From positions 5,014-69,013 of the forward strand of contig JAYZFJ010000056.1 of assembly GCA_036336805.1 (NCBI GenBank): 64,000 bases of DNA, given 5' to 3'. The notes beneath the pieces were generated by a model that did no database searches, had not been told where the DNA came from, and was given only the letters and a program-made list of their open reading frames with translations. Made by a program: the position numbers and the translations under genes. The DNA is from Planctomycetota bacterium (GTDB taxonomy: Bacteria > Planctomycetota > Phycisphaerae > Phycisphaerales > SM1A02). Below, piece after piece: positions 1 to 9,048 of this stretch (position 1 is the first letter of the stretch; every line of letters begins with the position of its first letter).

Positions 1-393
1 GGCCTGATCATCCGACTCGACCCGCCCGAACCCATCGTTCACCAGAACGCAAAGGTCGGCGAAGCGGTGCGTCGCTCGATCAAGGTCGACATCTACGATC
101 TTCACACCCCCAAGTCCGTCGCGCATTCCGGTACGGTCACCTGCACCTGGACCGATCTGGGAGGTTGGCGAGTCAAGGTTCCGATGGGGGAGTACGACAC
201 CCACCTGGTGCGCATCGAGTACCAGGGCAGCGTCGGTCCGGCCTCGGTCGACGGGAACAAGTACATGTTCCTCGCCAAGGGGATCGGCCCGGTGGCATTC
301 ACCGATTCGAGAGAAATTTCAGCATTTCTCTTCTTCAGCGAGTCGCAGCAGAAGGCGGGAATACTCTCCGCCATAAGCCATCCGGAGAACTGA
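1..393 (+). CDS. hypothetical protein, 5'-truncated by the window edge
   Basis: Frame 1 is open from nt 1 (GLIIRLDPPEPIVHQNAKVGEAVRRSIK...) and runs through the 67..393 track ORF. No recognisable motif. Confidence 0.45.
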   Translation, partial: GLIIRLDPPEPIVHQNAKVGEAVRRSIKVDIYDLHTPKSVAHSGTVTCTWTDLGGWRVKVPMGEYDTHLVRIEYQGSVGPASVDGNKYMFLAKGIGPVAFTDSREISAFLFFSESQQKAGILSAISHPEN

Positions 394-524
394 GGGCCCA
401 TTCGTCCTCCCGCCGAGGTCCGACGCGAGGCGCCCGGATTCCCTATCATGTTCCCCCCGCGAAGCCGGGAACCGGCTTGTGGAACGTGCCAATCAACAGA
501 GACCTGCAACGGAGAAGAATCCCC

Positions 525-1475
525 ATGCGTCGTGCGAAGATCAGCGTCATCGGAGCCGGAAACGTCGGAGCCACCTGTGCTCACTGGGCCGCGTCCAAGG
601 AACTCGGGGACGTCGTGCTCGTCGATATCCCGGACAAGGAAGGGGTCGCCAAGGGAAAGGCACTCGACCTCGCCTGCTGTGCACCGATGGAACGATTCGA
701 CTCCAACATCATCGGAACCTCCGACTACGCGGATGCGGCTGGATCCGACGTGGTGATCGTGACCGCCGGCCTTCCCCGGAAGCCGGGGATGAGCCGTGAC
801 GACCTGATCGAGACCAACGTCAAGATCGTCCGCAGTGTCTCGGAGAAGATCGCCGAGCACTGCCCCGAGTCGATCGTGATCCTGGTCTCCAACCCGCTTG
901 ACGCGATGGTGTACACCGCCTGGAAGGCCACCGGTTTTCCCACCAACCGCATCGTCGGGCAGGCCGGTTGCCTCGATGTGGCGCGCTACCGGGCGTTTCT
1001 CGCGATGAAGATCGGGTGCTCGATCGAGGACATCTCAGCACTGCTGCTCGGCGGGCATGGTGACGACATGGTCCCGCTGCCTCGCTACACCTCCGTGCAC
1101 GGCATACCCGTCCAGCAGCTGCTTCCGGAGAGCGACATCACCGAGTGCGTCGAGCGGGCCAAGGTGGGCGGTGGTGAAGTCGTCAAGTTGATGGGAACCA
1201 GCGCCTACTACGCCCCCGCAAGTGGCTCGGTCCAGATGGCCGAAGCGATCATCAAGGACAAGAAGCGGATCCTCCCTTGCGCCGCCTACTGCGAGCAGGA
1301 ATACGGGATCGGTGGCTACTTCGTCGGAGTGCCGTGCGTCCTCGGTGCCAACGGTGTTGAACAGGTGGTCGAGATCAAGCTGGATTCCGATGAACAGGCG
1401 CTCATGGATGAATCGGTCAGCCACGTCAAGGACCTCGTCGGCATCGTCACCGACATGTTCCCCGATCTGGCCTGA
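525..1475 (+). CDS. mdh: malate dehydrogenase (LDH-like, NAD-dependent)
   Basis: ATG at 525 is preceded by GGAGAA at 511-516. The N-terminus MRRAKISVIGAGNVGATCAHW is a Rossmann GxGxxG motif. The rest has typical MDH/LDH motifs (VIVTAGLPRKPGMSRDDL, GGHGDDMVP). The upstream part of the 165..1475 ORF was rejected. Confidence 0.95.
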   Translation: MRRAKISVIGAGNVGATCAHWAASKELGDVVLVDIPDKEGVAKGKALDLACCAPMERFDSNIIGTSDYADAAGSDVVIVTAGLPRKPGMSRDDLIETNVKIVRSVSEKIAEHCPESIVILVSNPLDAMVYTAWKATGFPTNRIVGQAGCLDVARYRAFLAMKIGCSIEDISALLLGGHGDDMVPLPRYTSVHGIPVQQLLPESDITECVERAKVGGGEVVKLMGTSAYYAPASGSVQMAEAIIKDKKRILPCAAYCEQEYGIGGYFVGVPCVLGANGVEQVVEIKLDSDEQALMDESVSHVKDLVGIVTDMFPDLA

Positions 1476-1492
1476 TCAATGGGAATCTCGGG

Positions 1493-1521
1493 CAGGGTGG
1501 TGTCCTTCGGACGCCACCCTG
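1493..1521. terminator. GC-rich 13-bp hairpin between convergent genes (terminator-like, no clear U-tract)
   Basis: cagggtggtgtcc-ttc-ggacgccaccctg forms 13 pairs including one G.U. It lies 18 nt after the mdh stop and before the 3' end of the minus-strand ORF 1561..1854. Confidence 0.4.
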
Positions 1522-1560
1522 TCTCATGGGAGCTCCTCTTTCCTCGCGCTCGATCCGCGT

Positions 1561-1854
1561 TCAGTCGTCACCGATCCGCCCACCGGCATCCGGTGCACCG
1601 TCGATGAGGTCCAGCAGCTGTCGCAGCTGTGATCGCGATTTCGGATCCGACCAGAGAATGTCGTACTCCAGCCTGAAGTTGCATCGGTGAAAGCGAACGT
1701 TCTGGGTGAAGACCGGTCCGTTGGTCAGGACCAGGGTACAACTGTCGAAGGCGCAATCGATGAAGGCGTGCCCCGCCAGGTGCATGGTCTGCCCCGTGAA
1801 GTTCCGGTTTCGGTGGGTGCTGAAGTGTGTTTCCGGTCGCTTGGGGTCCTGCAT
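1561..1854 (-). CDS. hypothetical small protein (97 aa)
   Basis: The ORF fills the gap between mdh and the next gene. Hand-counted third-position GC is about 77%, which fits coding DNA in this genome. No family recognised. Confidence 0.5.
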   Translation of the reverse strand: MQDPKRPETHFSTHRNRNFTGQTMHLAGHAFIDCAFDSCTLVLTNGPVFTQNVRFHRCNFRLEYDILWSDPKSRSQLRQLLDLIDGAPDAGGRIGDD

Positions 1855-1932
1855 GCCCCAAGACTACCTCGATCTCGAACGAGCGTCTCACTATCAGGCC
1901 TCTTTCCTGCTGAATTCAGGGCGATCCGGTCG

Positions 1933-2475
1933 ATGGCTTCAGCGGTGCGCACGTTTCCCTCCTCAGTTCTTCGTCTTCTGGATCCAGGCTGGCCGTGGCT
2001 GCTTGCCGGAGTGCTGCTCATGGTGTCCGCGGCGGTGATTCCCTCCGAACAGCGGCTCCTTCGTGAGGAAGCCGCCGTCCGTCAGCTCGAAGAGGAGCGG
2101 AATCACCTTCGCCAGGTCTCCGAGACCTACGTCCGGTTTCTGGATGAGGTCGGAAGGGGCGAGGAATCCCTGGTCCGGCGGTTGGCCGCAGCCCAGCTCG
2201 GAATCGTTCCGGAGGGGGCGGAACCTCTGGTCATGCTCTCCGGTGTGACCGATCCCCCGACCCGCTGGATCGAGCGAGCAGCCATGGTTCAGCTCGGTCA
2301 GGATCAGTCCACGGCCGATGCCACGGCGGACTCGATGCTGGTCTCCATTCTGGAAGGGACCGGCCAGCTCTGGATCTTCGGGGCAGCCCTGTTCCTCATC
2401 TTCGTGGGACTCCTGCTGGGACCGGCCACTGATGAGCCTGATCCCGCGAATTCGAGCGCTTCCGCCACCGCCTGA
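1933..2475 (+). CDS. hypothetical membrane protein with N-terminal TM plus coiled-coil and a C-terminal TM
   Basis: Internal ATG at 1933 (MASAVRTF...). It has a hydrophobic stretch WPWLLAGVLLMVSAAVI, then a heptad-like LLREEAAVRQLEEERNHLRQV, then a second TM LWIFGAALFLIFVGLLLG. The upstream part of ORF 1687..2475 overlaps the opposite-strand gene. Confidence 0.5.
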   Translation: MASAVRTFPSSVLRLLDPGWPWLLAGVLLMVSAAVIPSEQRLLREEAAVRQLEEERNHLRQVSETYVRFLDEVGRGEESLVRRLAAAQLGIVPEGAEPLVMLSGVTDPPTRWIERAAMVQLGQDQSTADATADSMLVSILEGTGQLWIFGAALFLIFVGLLLGPATDEPDPANSSASATA

Positions 2476-2491
2476 CCGGTCCCCACGATTC

Positions 2492-3499
2492 ATGGGTAGG
2501 GTTCTGTTCGCGATGGTCGACCCGCCTGCACACCCTCCGAATGCTCCATTGGATGGCAAGCCATCCGTGGATGACGCCCTCTTGACCCTGGACCTGGTCA
2601 AGGGCCTCGAGCGGAGGCGTCTGCGGAATCTCCTGACCAGCTGTGGTGGGGCGCAGAGACTGCTCGGGCAGGACGTCGAATCACTTCGGCGTTCGACGGG
2701 CTGCTCCTCCCGATGGGCGACTTCCTTCATGCGTCGCTGTGAGGAGGCTGCCAACCGAGTGGGTGATGAGCGTCGTTTGATGAAGGCGTTGGGCTGTCGA
2801 CTGATCAGCGAATCCATGGGGGGCTATCCACCCCTGCTCCGACTCATCCCCGATCCACCGGTGCTGCTGCGTGTCCGCGGTGGATTTCCCAAGGCAGTGC
2901 TTGAAAGCACCCAGCCTTCGGTGGCGGTGGTGGGGAGCCGCCGGCCCAGCCCTCATGGATGCCGCCAGGCTCGACGGTTCGCCGAGTTTCTGGTGGATCA
3001 TGGGGTCCACCTGGTCTCGGGTGGGGCTCGTGGCATCGATGCCATCGTCCATCGGCAGGCCGTCCTGGGTTCCAGCGCGACCACGGCGGTCATGGGCAGC
3101 GGTCTCGGTCGGGTCTATCCACCGGAGCACGAATCCCTCTTCGACTCGATCCTGGAATCAGGAGGAGCGCTGGTCAGTGAGTTTCCCATGCGTACACCGC
3201 CGCGTCCGGCTCACTTTCCGCGCCGCAATCGAATCGTCTCCGGCCTGTCGCTCGGTGTCCTCGTGATCGAGGCAACGAGTCGATCCGGGGCGTTGATCAC
3301 CGCTCGGATGGCGGTCGAGGACCATGGCCGCGAGGGAGGAGCACTCCCCGGGCGGATCGATGACTCCGCCTCGCAGGGCTGCCTTCGGATGATCGCCGAA
3401 GGGTGGGGGGCTCTGGTCCGCTCTCCCGAGGAGGCACTGGAGCTCCTGACCTCCCCGACACCCCTCCTGGCGTGCCGGGAAGCAGTTCTCAGAGGGTGA
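2492..3499 (+). CDS. dprA: DNA-processing protein DprA (Smf)
   Basis: Carries the DprA Rossmann-like core: VAVVGSRRPS...VSGGARGIDAIVHRQA...VMGSGLGRVYPPEH...FPRRNRIVSGLS...VIEATSRSGALITA. The start is set at ATG 2492, immediately after the upstream gene's stop (2473-2475). Confidence 0.9.
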   Translation: MGRVLFAMVDPPAHPPNAPLDGKPSVDDALLTLDLVKGLERRRLRNLLTSCGGAQRLLGQDVESLRRSTGCSSRWATSFMRRCEEAANRVGDERRLMKALGCRLISESMGGYPPLLRLIPDPPVLLRVRGGFPKAVLESTQPSVAVVGSRRPSPHGCRQARRFAEFLVDHGVHLVSGGARGIDAIVHRQAVLGSSATTAVMGSGLGRVYPPEHESLFDSILESGGALVSEFPMRTPPRPAHFPRRNRIVSGLSLGVLVIEATSRSGALITARMAVEDHGREGGALPGRIDDSASQGCLRMIAEGWGALVRSPEEALELLTSPTPLLACREAVLRG

Positions 3500-3626
3500 A
3501 TTCGATTCTTTCCTCCTTTTCCGGCAAGAACTGCATCGCCCCCATGGACTGGTCGATGAAGTGAACCATGGTGTGTCCCTGAAAGTAGTGAAGGGGGGTC
3601 CCCAACCACTGCTCAGGAGTCTTCAT
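3489..3626 (-). CDS. possible small protein (45 aa, MKTPEQWLGTPLHYFQGHTMVHFIDQSMGAMQFLPEKEERIEFTL)
   Basis: Lies in the dprA / phosphoesterase spacer. Hand-counted codon-position GC is GC1 ~51%, GC2 ~31%, GC3 ~78%, the classic coding signature of a high-GC genome. The RBS is weak and no family was recognised. Confidence 0.35.
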   Translation of the reverse strand: MKTPEQWLGTPLHYFQGHTMVHFIDQSMGAMQFLPEKEERIEFTL

Positions 3627-4377
3627 GACACGTATCGCACTCATCTCCGACATCCATGGCAACGCACTCGCCCTGCGCGCGGTGCTTGAGGACATCTCCT
3701 GGAGGGGGGTTGACCGGATCGTCTGCCTGGGGGATGTCGTGGGATACGGCCCCGAACCCGCCGAGTGCCTGCAACTGGTGAAGGAACACTGTGAGATCTG
3801 CATTCGTGGCAACCACGAGGATGCCCTGCTCCACCCGAAGCAGGCGGCCGGATTCAACGCGCACGCGCGAGCGGCACTCAAGTGGACCGCGACTCAGCTG
3901 GATCTCGAGGCGATGAGTGGAATCCAGGCGATGCCGACCTGGTCTCATCTGAACAACGAGGTCGTGTGCGTGCATGATTCACCGGTGCCTCAGGACGGCC
4001 ATGGCTACATCCGATCCCGTTCCGATGCCACCCCGGTGCTGCGGTCCATGGAGGATCGGATCTGCCTCTTCGGTCACACGCACCTGCCCCGGGTCTTCAC
4101 GATCGCCCGGGAGCGTAGGCTTGACCGCGCCTCGCGCCTGCACCCGAAGAGCGGGGACCTGGTCCAGTTGGACCGCAGTGACAAGTACCTGCTCAACCCC
4201 GGGAGCGTCGGTCAGCCTCGTGATGGTGACTGGCGTGCGAGTTGGGGGATACTCGATCTTTCGGCGATGACCTTCAGCACCCATCGCAGTGCCTACGAGG
4301 TGTCCTCGGTCAGGCACGCGATCGCCTGTGCCGGCCTGCCGAACTCGCTGGGGGAGCGCCTCCTCATCGGTGCCTGA
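3625..4377 (+). CDS. metallophosphoesterase (YfcE/MJ0936-like calcineurin-fold phosphoesterase)
   Basis: MTRIALISDIHGN ... LGDVVGYGP ... RGNHE ... GHTH ... NPGSVGQPRDGD matches the canonical DxH / GD / GNHE / GHTH motif series. Confidence 0.85.
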   Translation: MTRIALISDIHGNALALRAVLEDISWRGVDRIVCLGDVVGYGPEPAECLQLVKEHCEICIRGNHEDALLHPKQAAGFNAHARAALKWTATQLDLEAMSGIQAMPTWSHLNNEVVCVHDSPVPQDGHGYIRSRSDATPVLRSMEDRICLFGHTHLPRVFTIARERRLDRASRLHPKSGDLVQLDRSDKYLLNPGSVGQPRDGDWRASWGILDLSAMTFSTHRSAYEVSSVRHAIACAGLPNSLGERLLIGA

Positions 4378-4559
4378 CCCGGGTCGATCTGCGCCCATTG
4401 TCGCGGCTGTACGGGGGATTTGGTGGGTAATTGCCCCTTCCTGCGGTTTCCGTGATCGGTGTCGCGCCTCTCACTTCCTACCTTCCGGAAGGGGCCTGTC
4501 AGGTGCGAGTGCACCGGGGACAACCAGTCAATCGTGTTCCCGTCGCATGGCTTCCTTCC

Positions 4560-5279
4560 ATGGACGAATGTCGTGAGGGCGTGTCTTCAGTGTCGAACAT
4601 CCACAGCAGCATCGCCACTCTGGCCATTTCCATCTGCCGAGTGGGGGCCTTGCTCGCCCTGCTCCAGATGGCCGCCTGGGTCGGGGGATTCGCCGAACTC
4701 TCCAACGAGCCGAGTCCCGATCGGGCTCCGCCGCCAGTTGCGGGCATCAGCTACCTGCAGTCGGTCGGCGAGCCTCAGCTCGGCGCCGTGGTGGGAATCA
4801 CGTCTCCCCCGATCGAATCCGCCCGGTCCTCGATCGTGTCGGTCCTGGGCCTCGTCAGGGAAGTCACGCGAGCCCTGCTCTGGATGCTGGTACTGATCCT
4901 GATTCCTCTGGGACTCCTCATCGGCGTGAGCGCGCCCTTTGTCGGCCAGGTCGATTCCTATCGAATGATGTTCGGCACCGTGGCGCTGCTCGGCCTGCTT
5001 CCGCTCGCTCGCGCCGAGTCGATCCCCATGCCGTGGGTGGCGGGCGGTCCGCCGTACCTGCCCGAGTCGCTCCTCGCGGGAGGTGCGGTGCCGCTCGTCA
5101 CCGCGATCCTGCTCGGCTCGGCTGCGGTTCTCTTCGATTCACGGCGCCTGGTCGACTCCGACCCCCGGACCACGTTGGGGCCGGCCGCAAGCCTCTCCTC
5201 CAGCGATGTGCAGGCGATCATCCAGAGGGGTGAGCCGTGTCGGATCAGGTCCAGCCGATTGCGTAGAACAATGCCGTGA
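4560..5279 (+). CDS. hypothetical multi-pass membrane protein
   Basis: Several hydrophobic helices (ATLAISICRVGALLALLQMAAW, ALLWMLVLILIPLGLLIGV, GTVALLGLLPLA, VPLVTAILLGSAAVL). The start is uncertain: ATG 4560 was chosen and the track ORF starts at 4431. The 3' end overlaps convergent mlaE by ~35 nt. Confidence 0.45.
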   Translation: MDECREGVSSVSNIHSSIATLAISICRVGALLALLQMAAWVGGFAELSNEPSPDRAPPPVAGISYLQSVGEPQLGAVVGITSPPIESARSSIVSVLGLVREVTRALLWMLVLILIPLGLLIGVSAPFVGQVDSYRMMFGTVALLGLLPLARAESIPMPWVAGGPPYLPESLLAGGAVPLVTAILLGSAAVLFDSRRLVDSDPRTTLGPAASLSSSDVQAIIQRGEPCRIRSSRLRRTMP

Positions 5280-6099
5280 AGGCGAGGTCGCAGAAGATCA
5301 CGACGACGATCGTCTGGACAACCGTCTGAGTCGTTGCGTTGCCGACTCCCGCTGCACCACCGCTGACGCGCAGTCCGTTCCGGCAGGCGATGAGGCCAAG
5401 GATGAGGCCGAAGACACTCGCCTTGATCAGCCCGGTCATGAAGTCACCCACCACCAGCTGCGACAAGGTGTTGTCCTTGTAGACCTGGTAGGGGATGTCC
5501 AGGAACACGACCCCGACGAAGCCGCCGGCGAATACCGCGCACAGATCGCCGAGCACCGTGAGCAGGACGAGGCTGAGGGCGGTTGCGATGAGGCGGGGGA
5601 TGACCAGGAAGCGGATGGGATTGAGCGCCATCGATTCCAGGGCCTCGATCTCCTCATTGACCACCATCGTTCCGATCTCGGCGGCGATCGATGCACCGGC
5701 GAATCCGGTGAGCACCACCGCCGCGATCAGGGGGCCCAGTTCCCTGAACACCGCGACTCCCACGAGGTTCGCAACCTTGTCGACCTGTCCGAACTGCTGA
5801 AGGCTGGGCGCGGTCTGAAGTGCGAGGATGAAACCGATGCAGCCACTGACCAGGGAGACGATCGCAATCGATCGCACACCCACCCGGACCATCTGGCTGA
5901 CGATGGCGGACTGGCCGATGCGGACCTTGCGAAGAACGAGTGCTCGATACACCCATCGCAGGGAATCGAAGAGCAGCCAGACCAGGCTGCCCAGGTACTC
6001 GTTCACCTCGTACCAGGCCTTGCCCGTGGCGCTTATGATCTTGCTGACGGGTTTTAGTGCTTCCACGTGATCAGAGTTCCTTGGCCTCGGAAAGTTCAT
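5245..6099 (-). CDS. mlaE: MlaE-family ABC transporter permease (phospholipid/lipid transport)
   Basis: Typical MlaE/Ttg2B sequence: GVRSIAIVSLVSGCIGFILALQTA...FRELGPLIAAVVLTGFAGASIAAEIGTMVVNEEIEALESMALNPIRFLVIPR. An alternative GTG start at 6066 would remove the 29-nt overlap with the upstream STAS gene. Confidence 0.85.
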   Translation of the reverse strand: MNFPRPRNSDHVEALKPVSKIISATGKAWYEVNEYLGSLVWLLFDSLRWVYRALVLRKVRIGQSAIVSQMVRVGVRSIAIVSLVSGCIGFILALQTAPSLQQFGQVDKVANLVGVAVFRELGPLIAAVVLTGFAGASIAAEIGTMVVNEEIEALESMALNPIRFLVIPRLIATALSLVLLTVLGDLCAVFAGGFVGVVFLDIPYQVYKDNTLSQLVVGDFMTGLIKASVFGLILGLIACRNGLRVSGGAAGVGNATTQTVVQTIVVVIFCDLAFTALFYAIGWT

Positions 6100-6418
6100 C
6101 GACGATCTTGAAGACCGTGTCGAGTCGGGCGATCTCGAAGATTGACTTCACTCGCTCCTGCAGTCCGACCAGGACCAGCGTGGCCTCGGATCGATTCGCC
6201 AGCTGCATCCCCTCGACCAGGGTCGCCACGCCCGACGAGTCCATGTAGGGAACGTTGTGAAGGTCGATCGCCACCTTGGAGGGTTTGTTGTTGAACACTT
6301 CGGCGATGACGCTCCTGAACGAGGGCGCTCGACTGAGGTCGATCTCACCGTCCGGGGTGACCACCGTCATCTCGTCCTGCTGTTCGACTGCAACCGGGAG
6401 TTCTTGGTCTGATGTCAT
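6071..6418 (-). CDS. STAS-domain protein (anti-sigma-factor antagonist / MlaB-like)
   Basis: 115 aa with SpoIIAA/RsbV-like architecture. It has the conserved phosphorylatable-serine motif DSSG (VPYMDSSGVATLVEG). Confidence 0.85.
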   Translation of the reverse strand: MTSDQELPVAVEQQDEMTVVTPDGEIDLSRAPSFRSVIAEVFNNKPSKVAIDLHNVPYMDSSGVATLVEGMQLANRSEATLVLVGLQERVKSIFEIARLDTVFKIVDELSEAKEL

Positions 6419-6433
6419 CGTGTCATCGCCTGC

Positions 6434-6910
6434 TTACTTTGTCTGAGGAGACCTTGATCGCTCTGAGTCACCCAGTGATTTCTCACCGAGGTGCTTCTCC
6501 ATTATGACCCGCATTCCCTTTTCCTGCTTGCGGCGCTCGAAGGTGCAGAAGTCCATGATCTCTCGCATGATATGGACTCCGAGTCCACCGGGGCGGACGT
6601 CATCGAGGTCGCGCCCCTGGATCGAGTCGGGATCGATCTGCTCGGCCTCGTCCTCGATCATGATGCGAATTCCCGCCGGATTCTCCTTGAGCATCCAGAC
6701 CGCGATGTGGATCGGTTCGTCGTCGCGTTCCTCGTAGCCGTGTCGAATGATGTTCGCCAGGGCCTCGTCGATCGCGAGGGCGATGTGGCCGCATTCGGTC
6801 TCGTCGAATCCGATCCGCTGAGTCAGGCTGAGGATCATGCTGCGCACGCTCGAGAGCAGCCGGGGCTTGCTCTGGAGCTGCATCACCAGATCCGGGGGGA
6901 GATCGGTCAT
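6434..6910 (-). CDS. RsbW/SpoIIAB-type anti-sigma regulatory serine kinase (HATPase_c)
   Basis: Internal ATG at 6910 (MTDLPPD...). N-box-like [16 protein letters not shown] and G-box-like [15 protein letters not shown] are present. The upstream part of the 6434..7495 ORF was rejected. Confidence 0.85.
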   Translation of the reverse strand: MTDLPPDLVMQLQSKPRLLSSVRSMILSLTQRIGFDETECGHIALAIDEALANIIRHGYEERDDEPIHIAVWMLKENPAGIRIMIEDEAEQIDPDSIQGRDLDDVRPGGLGVHIMREIMDFCTFERRKQEKGMRVIMEKHLGEKSLGDSERSRSPQTK

Positions 6911-7350
6911 CCACGCACCTCGGGGCTGGTCGTCTCGGTCGTGACCTCCGGAGCGGGAACCACGCGGATGGACTCGGTTCCGGTGGTCTCCAGGGCGAAC
7001 GTCCGCCACTTCAGGACCGACTGGAAACGCACTTCCGGAGGATCGAAGAATCGGTATCCCAGGTCCTGATCGGTCAGCTGGATCAGGCCGCTGATCGCCA
7101 TGAAGCGCACCATGGCATCGTCCGCGATGAGCAGCCGCACCATTTCCTTGAGATCCTCGCGCTGGAGGACTCCCTCGGCTTCCGCCTTGCGAATCGTTTC
7201 CTTGATCGCATGGGTCCTGGCAGCGGGGGAGGCAGAGTTGAATCCACCCCGGGTGATCGATGGTGCGGTGCAGCTGCTGGTCAATGGGAGCAGGCACACG
7301 CAGAGCAGGCAGAGCGTCGGGGTGAGGATGGTCTTGAGGAAGCTCGGCAT
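6907..7350 (-). CDS. putative lipoprotein (helical/HEAT-like)
   Basis: N-terminal signal peptide with a Cys-containing lipobox-like region ([15 protein letters not shown]). The stop overlaps the kinase start by 4 nt (ATGA), suggesting translational coupling. Confidence 0.6.
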   Translation of the reverse strand: MPSFLKTILTPTLCLLCVCLLPLTSSCTAPSITRGGFNSASPAARTHAIKETIRKAEAEGVLQREDLKEMVRLLIADDAMVRFMAISGLIQLTDQDLGYRFFDPPEVRFQSVLKWRTFALETTGTESIRVVPAPEVTTETTSPEVRG

Positions 7351-9048
7351 CGGCTTCTAGGATACCTTTCTCCCCGATTCTTCGCCCCAAATTGGACAAA
7401 TCAGACCGCTTCTCCTCGACCCCCTCCTCGCCGCAACGGGTATTCTGACGGTCTGGAAGGCGGCATTTCGTCGACTTCCCTTCGTGGAGTCCCACCCATC
7501 AGCACCCCAAACGAACCCATTCTCATTCTCGATTTCGGCAGCCAGTACGCCCAGCTCATCGCGCGTCGAGTGCGCGAGGCCGGGGCCTTCAGTCTGCTGG
7601 TGGCCCCTTCCACCCCGCTGGAGAAACTGCAATCGCTCTCCCCCAAGGGAATCATTCTTTCCGGAGGACCGTCCAGCGTCGGTGAGGAGGGCGCCCCCCG
7701 GTGTGATCCACGGCTGTTCGAACTCGGCGTACCGGTGCTGGGCATCTGCTACGGAATGCAGCTTGGCTGTGAGTTGCTGGGTGGCGTGGTCGAGCCCGCG
7801 CCCGCCCGGGAATACGGACGAGCTCGGCTCGAAATCAGTGCCACCGAGGGACTCCTCGGGGGGATTCCCACGCTCACCTCCGTCTGGATGAGCCACGGTG
7901 ATCAGGTCACGGGACTCAGTGACTCGTTCATTCCTCTGGCCTCGACCGACACCTGTCCATTCGCCGCCGTGCGACACGTAGAGCAGCCTTTCTATGGAGT
8001 TCAGTTCCATCCCGAGGTGACCCATACCCCCCACGGCGTCGACATCCTGAGAAACTTCCTCTTCGGGATCTGCGGATGCAGTGGTTCCTGGAAGATGAGT
8101 GAGTTCATGGAGACTGCCTGTGAGCAGGTTCGTTCCCAGGTCGGAAGCGATCGGGTCATCTGCGGGCTCTCCGGTGGAGTCGATTCCTCGGTGGTCGCGG
8201 CCCTGCTCGCTCGCGCCATCGGGGATCAGCTCACGTGCATCTTCGTGGACAACGGCCTGCTCCGAAAGAACGAACGAGAGCTGGTCGAGCGTACCTTCAG
8301 GGATCACTTCGACGTCGATCTCCGAGTGGTGGATGCCACGGCCGAGTTCCTTGGTGATCTTGCGGGAGTCACGGATCCGCAGGAGAAGCGGCGTCTGATC
8401 GGACATCGATTCATCGAGGTCTTCAAGGAGACCGCTCGGGACGTGGGGTCCAACGTGCGGTTCCTGGCCCAGGGCACTCTGTACCCCGACGTCATCGAAA
8501 GCGGGCAGTCCCTGGCGGGTACCGCCGCGAACATCAAGCTCCACCACAACGTGGGCGGGCTGCCCGAGCAGCTGGGGTTCGAACTGGTCGAGCCGCTCCG
8601 AGATCTCTTCAAGGACGAGGTCCGGACCCTCGGTGAAGTACTCGGTCTGCCGCCTGCGATCGTCTGGCGACACCCGTTCCCCGGTCCGGGACTCGCGGTC
8701 CGGGTCCTGAGCGACATCACGGCGGACAAGCTGGACCTGCTCCGCGACTGCGATGAGATCCTCCTGGAGGAGATCGTCGCGAATGAACTTTACCGGAGCA
8801 CCAATCAGGTCTTTGCCGTGCTGCTTCCGGTTCGCTCGGTGGGGGTCATGGGAGACGGTCGCACCTACGACTCGGTGGTCGCGATTCGTGCCGTCGAGAC
8901 CCAGGACTTCATGACCGCCGACTGGGCCCGCATCCCCTACGACGTGCTCGCATCGATCTCCAATCGGATCATCAACGAGGTCAATGGCGTCAATCGCGTG
9001 GTCTACGACATCTCCTCGAAGCCACCGGCCACGATCGAGTGGGAGTAG
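7210..9048 (+). CDS. guaA: GMP synthase (glutamine-hydrolysing)
   Basis: Has the GATase1 N-terminus [18 protein letters not shown], the catalytic GICYGMQ, the ATP-PPase SGGVDSS P-loop, and a C-terminal ...PPATIEWE. The conserved part begins near nt 7516. ATG 7210 is the only canonical in-frame start upstream of it; see the finding on the start codon. Confidence 0.93.
   Translation: MGPGSGGGRVESTPGDRWCGAAAGQWEQAHAEQAERRGEDGLEEARHRLLGYLSPRFFAPNWTNQTASPRPPPRRNGYSDGLEGGISSTSLRGVPPISTPNEPILILDFGSQYAQLIARRVREAGAFSLLVAPSTPLEKLQSLSPKGIILSGGPSSVGEEGAPRCDPRLFELGVPVLGICYGMQLGCELLGGVVEPAPAREYGRARLEISATEGLLGGIPTLTSVWMSHGDQVTGLSDSFIPLASTDTCPFAAVRHVEQPFYGVQFHPEVTHTPHGVDILRNFLFGICGCSGSWKMSEFMETACEQVRSQVGSDRVICGLSGGVDSSVVAALLARAIGDQLTCIFVDNGLLRKNERELVERTFRDHFDVDLRVVDATAEFLGDLAGVTDPQEKRRLIGHRFIEVFKETARDVGSNVRFLAQGTLYPDVIESGQSLAGTAANIKLHHNVGGLPEQLGFELVEPLRDLFKDEVRTLGEVLGLPPAIVWRHPFPGPGLAVRVLSDITADKLDLLRDCDEILLEEIVANELYRSTNQVFAVLLPVRSVGVMGDGRTYDSVVAIRAVETQDFMTADWARIPYDVLASISNRIINEVNGVNRVVYDISSKPPATIEWE

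Noticed and set aside
165-524. An upstream extension of the mdh ORF, and the overlapping ORFs 102..860(-), 448..756(+) and 479..799(+).
   Set aside because: The Rossmann N-terminus with an RBS begins at ATG 525. The extension overlaps the preceding gene's 3' end and has non-protein-like composition.
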